A DNA stretch of 64,000 nucleotides. Source: Squalus acanthias (lineage: Eukaryota). This document shows, in pieces, positions 62,542-64,000 of the stretch (positions are counted from its first letter, which is position 1; each line of letters opens with the position of its first letter). Under the pieces are notes generated by a model. It saw only the letters and a program-made list of their open reading frames with translations. It did no database searches and was not told where the DNA came from. Position numbers and translations under genes: made by a program. Location: positions 9,426,001 through 9,490,000 of the forward strand of contig CM059433.1 of assembly GCA_030390025.1 (NCBI GenBank), given 5' to 3'.

Positions 62542-63319
62542 CTAGGTGGAAAAAACAAATCATTTTCAAAAAAATATATCTGGTTCAGCTATCTCAAGAA
62601 ACAGAGCAGAAAGGAACCTACTGCACATAATTACTCTGGAAACCAGCAGCAGGTTTCTATCGAAACAATGATTTTCATTTGCTATCTGCACCCAAATATA
62701 GTCACCCATCAAAAAGCGACAGCCTGTAAAACATTCAGCGCATTTATTTTTAAGATATCTTGCATATCTAGAGGAAATAAAACCTATCTAATCAAATTGT
62801 TCAAAGAATTGATGCATCTTTCCGATTATTCCTGATTCAGGCAGGGTGCCTCATACGCCTGAAAAATAGGGGATTTTAATATCGGAACGGAGTGTGAATG
62901 GAGTGGCATTTCTCCCACTCCATTTTAACTGTTTGCCTGCCCGGTTTCTACTGGGCCGGGTGGTGGGGGGGGGCAGTGGGGGGGGGGAAAGAGTTAAAAT
63001 TCCCACCGCAATCTTTTTTGCACATGGTGTTAAACTGTCTACCTGCTCAGGTGGACATAAAAGATCCCACTGCACTATTTCAAGAGTTCGACCAGTGCCC
63101 GGGCCAACATTCCTCCCTCAACCAACACCAACATTAACAGTTTATCTGGTCATTCATTCATTTGCTGTTTGTGGGACATTTCTATGTGTACTTTGACAGT
63201 TAAGTTTGCCTACACAACGGTGAGTATGTATCAAAAGTAATTCATTGGCTGTAAAGCATTTTGGGATGTTCTGAGGATGTGATAAGGCACTAGATAAATG
63301 CAAGTCTTTCTGTTTCTGT

Positions 63320-63706
63320 TCGGGAGGGAGTTCCAGGATTTTGACCCAGTGACGATGAAGGATCGGCGATATATTTCCAAGTCAGGATGGTGTGTGACTT
63401 GGAGGGGAACTTGGAGGTGGCGGTATTCCCATGCGCCTGCTGCCCTTGTCCTTCTAGGTGGAAGAGGTCGCGGGTTTGGGAGATGCTGCCTAAGAAGCCT
63501 TGGCAAGTTGCTGCAGTGCATCTTGTAGATGGTGCACACTGCAGCCACGGTACGCCAGTGGTGGAGGGAATGAATGTTTAAGGTGGTGGGTGGGGTGCCA
63601 ATCAAGCGGGTTGCTTTGTCTTGGATGGTGTCAAGCTTCCTGAGTGTTGTTGGAGCTGCACTCATCCAGGCAAGTGGAGAGTATTCCATCACACTCCTGA
63701 CTTGTG
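63320..63706 (-). mobile_element. LINE fragment (same family as 15988-16478)
   Basis: ORF 63231..63692; abuts a SINE tail at about 63045-63315. Confidence 0.85.
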
Positions 63707-64000
63707 CTTAATATTAGATCCACGTTTCACAGTCGCATTATTGGTGATGTATAGTGTTACTGTTTTATATGCCTTTGCAGCCAGTTATCATTATTACCAC
63801 TGCCATTACCAATTGCGTGCTTGAGCCGAAACACAATTCAATTATTTAATTATCCATTTCAGCAGGCACTGAGAAAGCGATGAATAAAGGGCTCCAAGAG
63901 GAAGCCCAGTAAATGGGATTTTAAATGTCCCAGCAACATTTGTTTCCTTTATCTCCCTATCATATTTCTTTTTAAAATTTATTGTAATAGTTTCTTCCGA

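Noticed and set aside
1..64000. CRISPR array or prokaryotic system; other ORFs in the supplied track
   Set aside because: No regularly spaced repeat-spacer array, and the sequence is clearly spliceosomal vertebrate DNA. The remaining ORFs are TE fragments, antisense shadows or chance.

Overview
Eukaryotic, intron-rich vertebrate DNA. The repeat landscape (dense CR1, L2, tRNA-derived SINEs, Penelope-like and Harbinger elements) suggests a cartilaginous fish; this is an inference. Three spliced protein-coding genes can be assembled by hand from GT-AG sites and intron phases. (1) The 3' five exons of a divergent NUP153-like gene on + (2983-14356), with one RanBP2-type zinc finger, a few FG motifs and a C-terminal RKIKVAVRKRR. 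(2) A complete 5-exon CMPK2 on - (30743-19769, 432 aa), with a consensus ISRE about 150 bp upstream of the ATG. (3) The last three coding exons of RNF144A on - (62541-44306). No RSAD2 (viperin), the usual head-to-head partner of CMPK2, is recognisable between CMPK2 and RNF144A, and RNF144A is inverted relative to the human layout. Almost all ORFs in the supplied track are transposon fragments or their antisense shadows. The most notable non-genic signal is a family of Penelope-derived elements carrying minimal type I hammerhead ribozyme motifs. It includes ~210-235 bp hairpin units with their own 10-11 bp target-site duplications, and one intact motif lies in sense orientation 134 nt upstream of CMPK2 exon 2. 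TE boundaries without a stated TSD are approximate.
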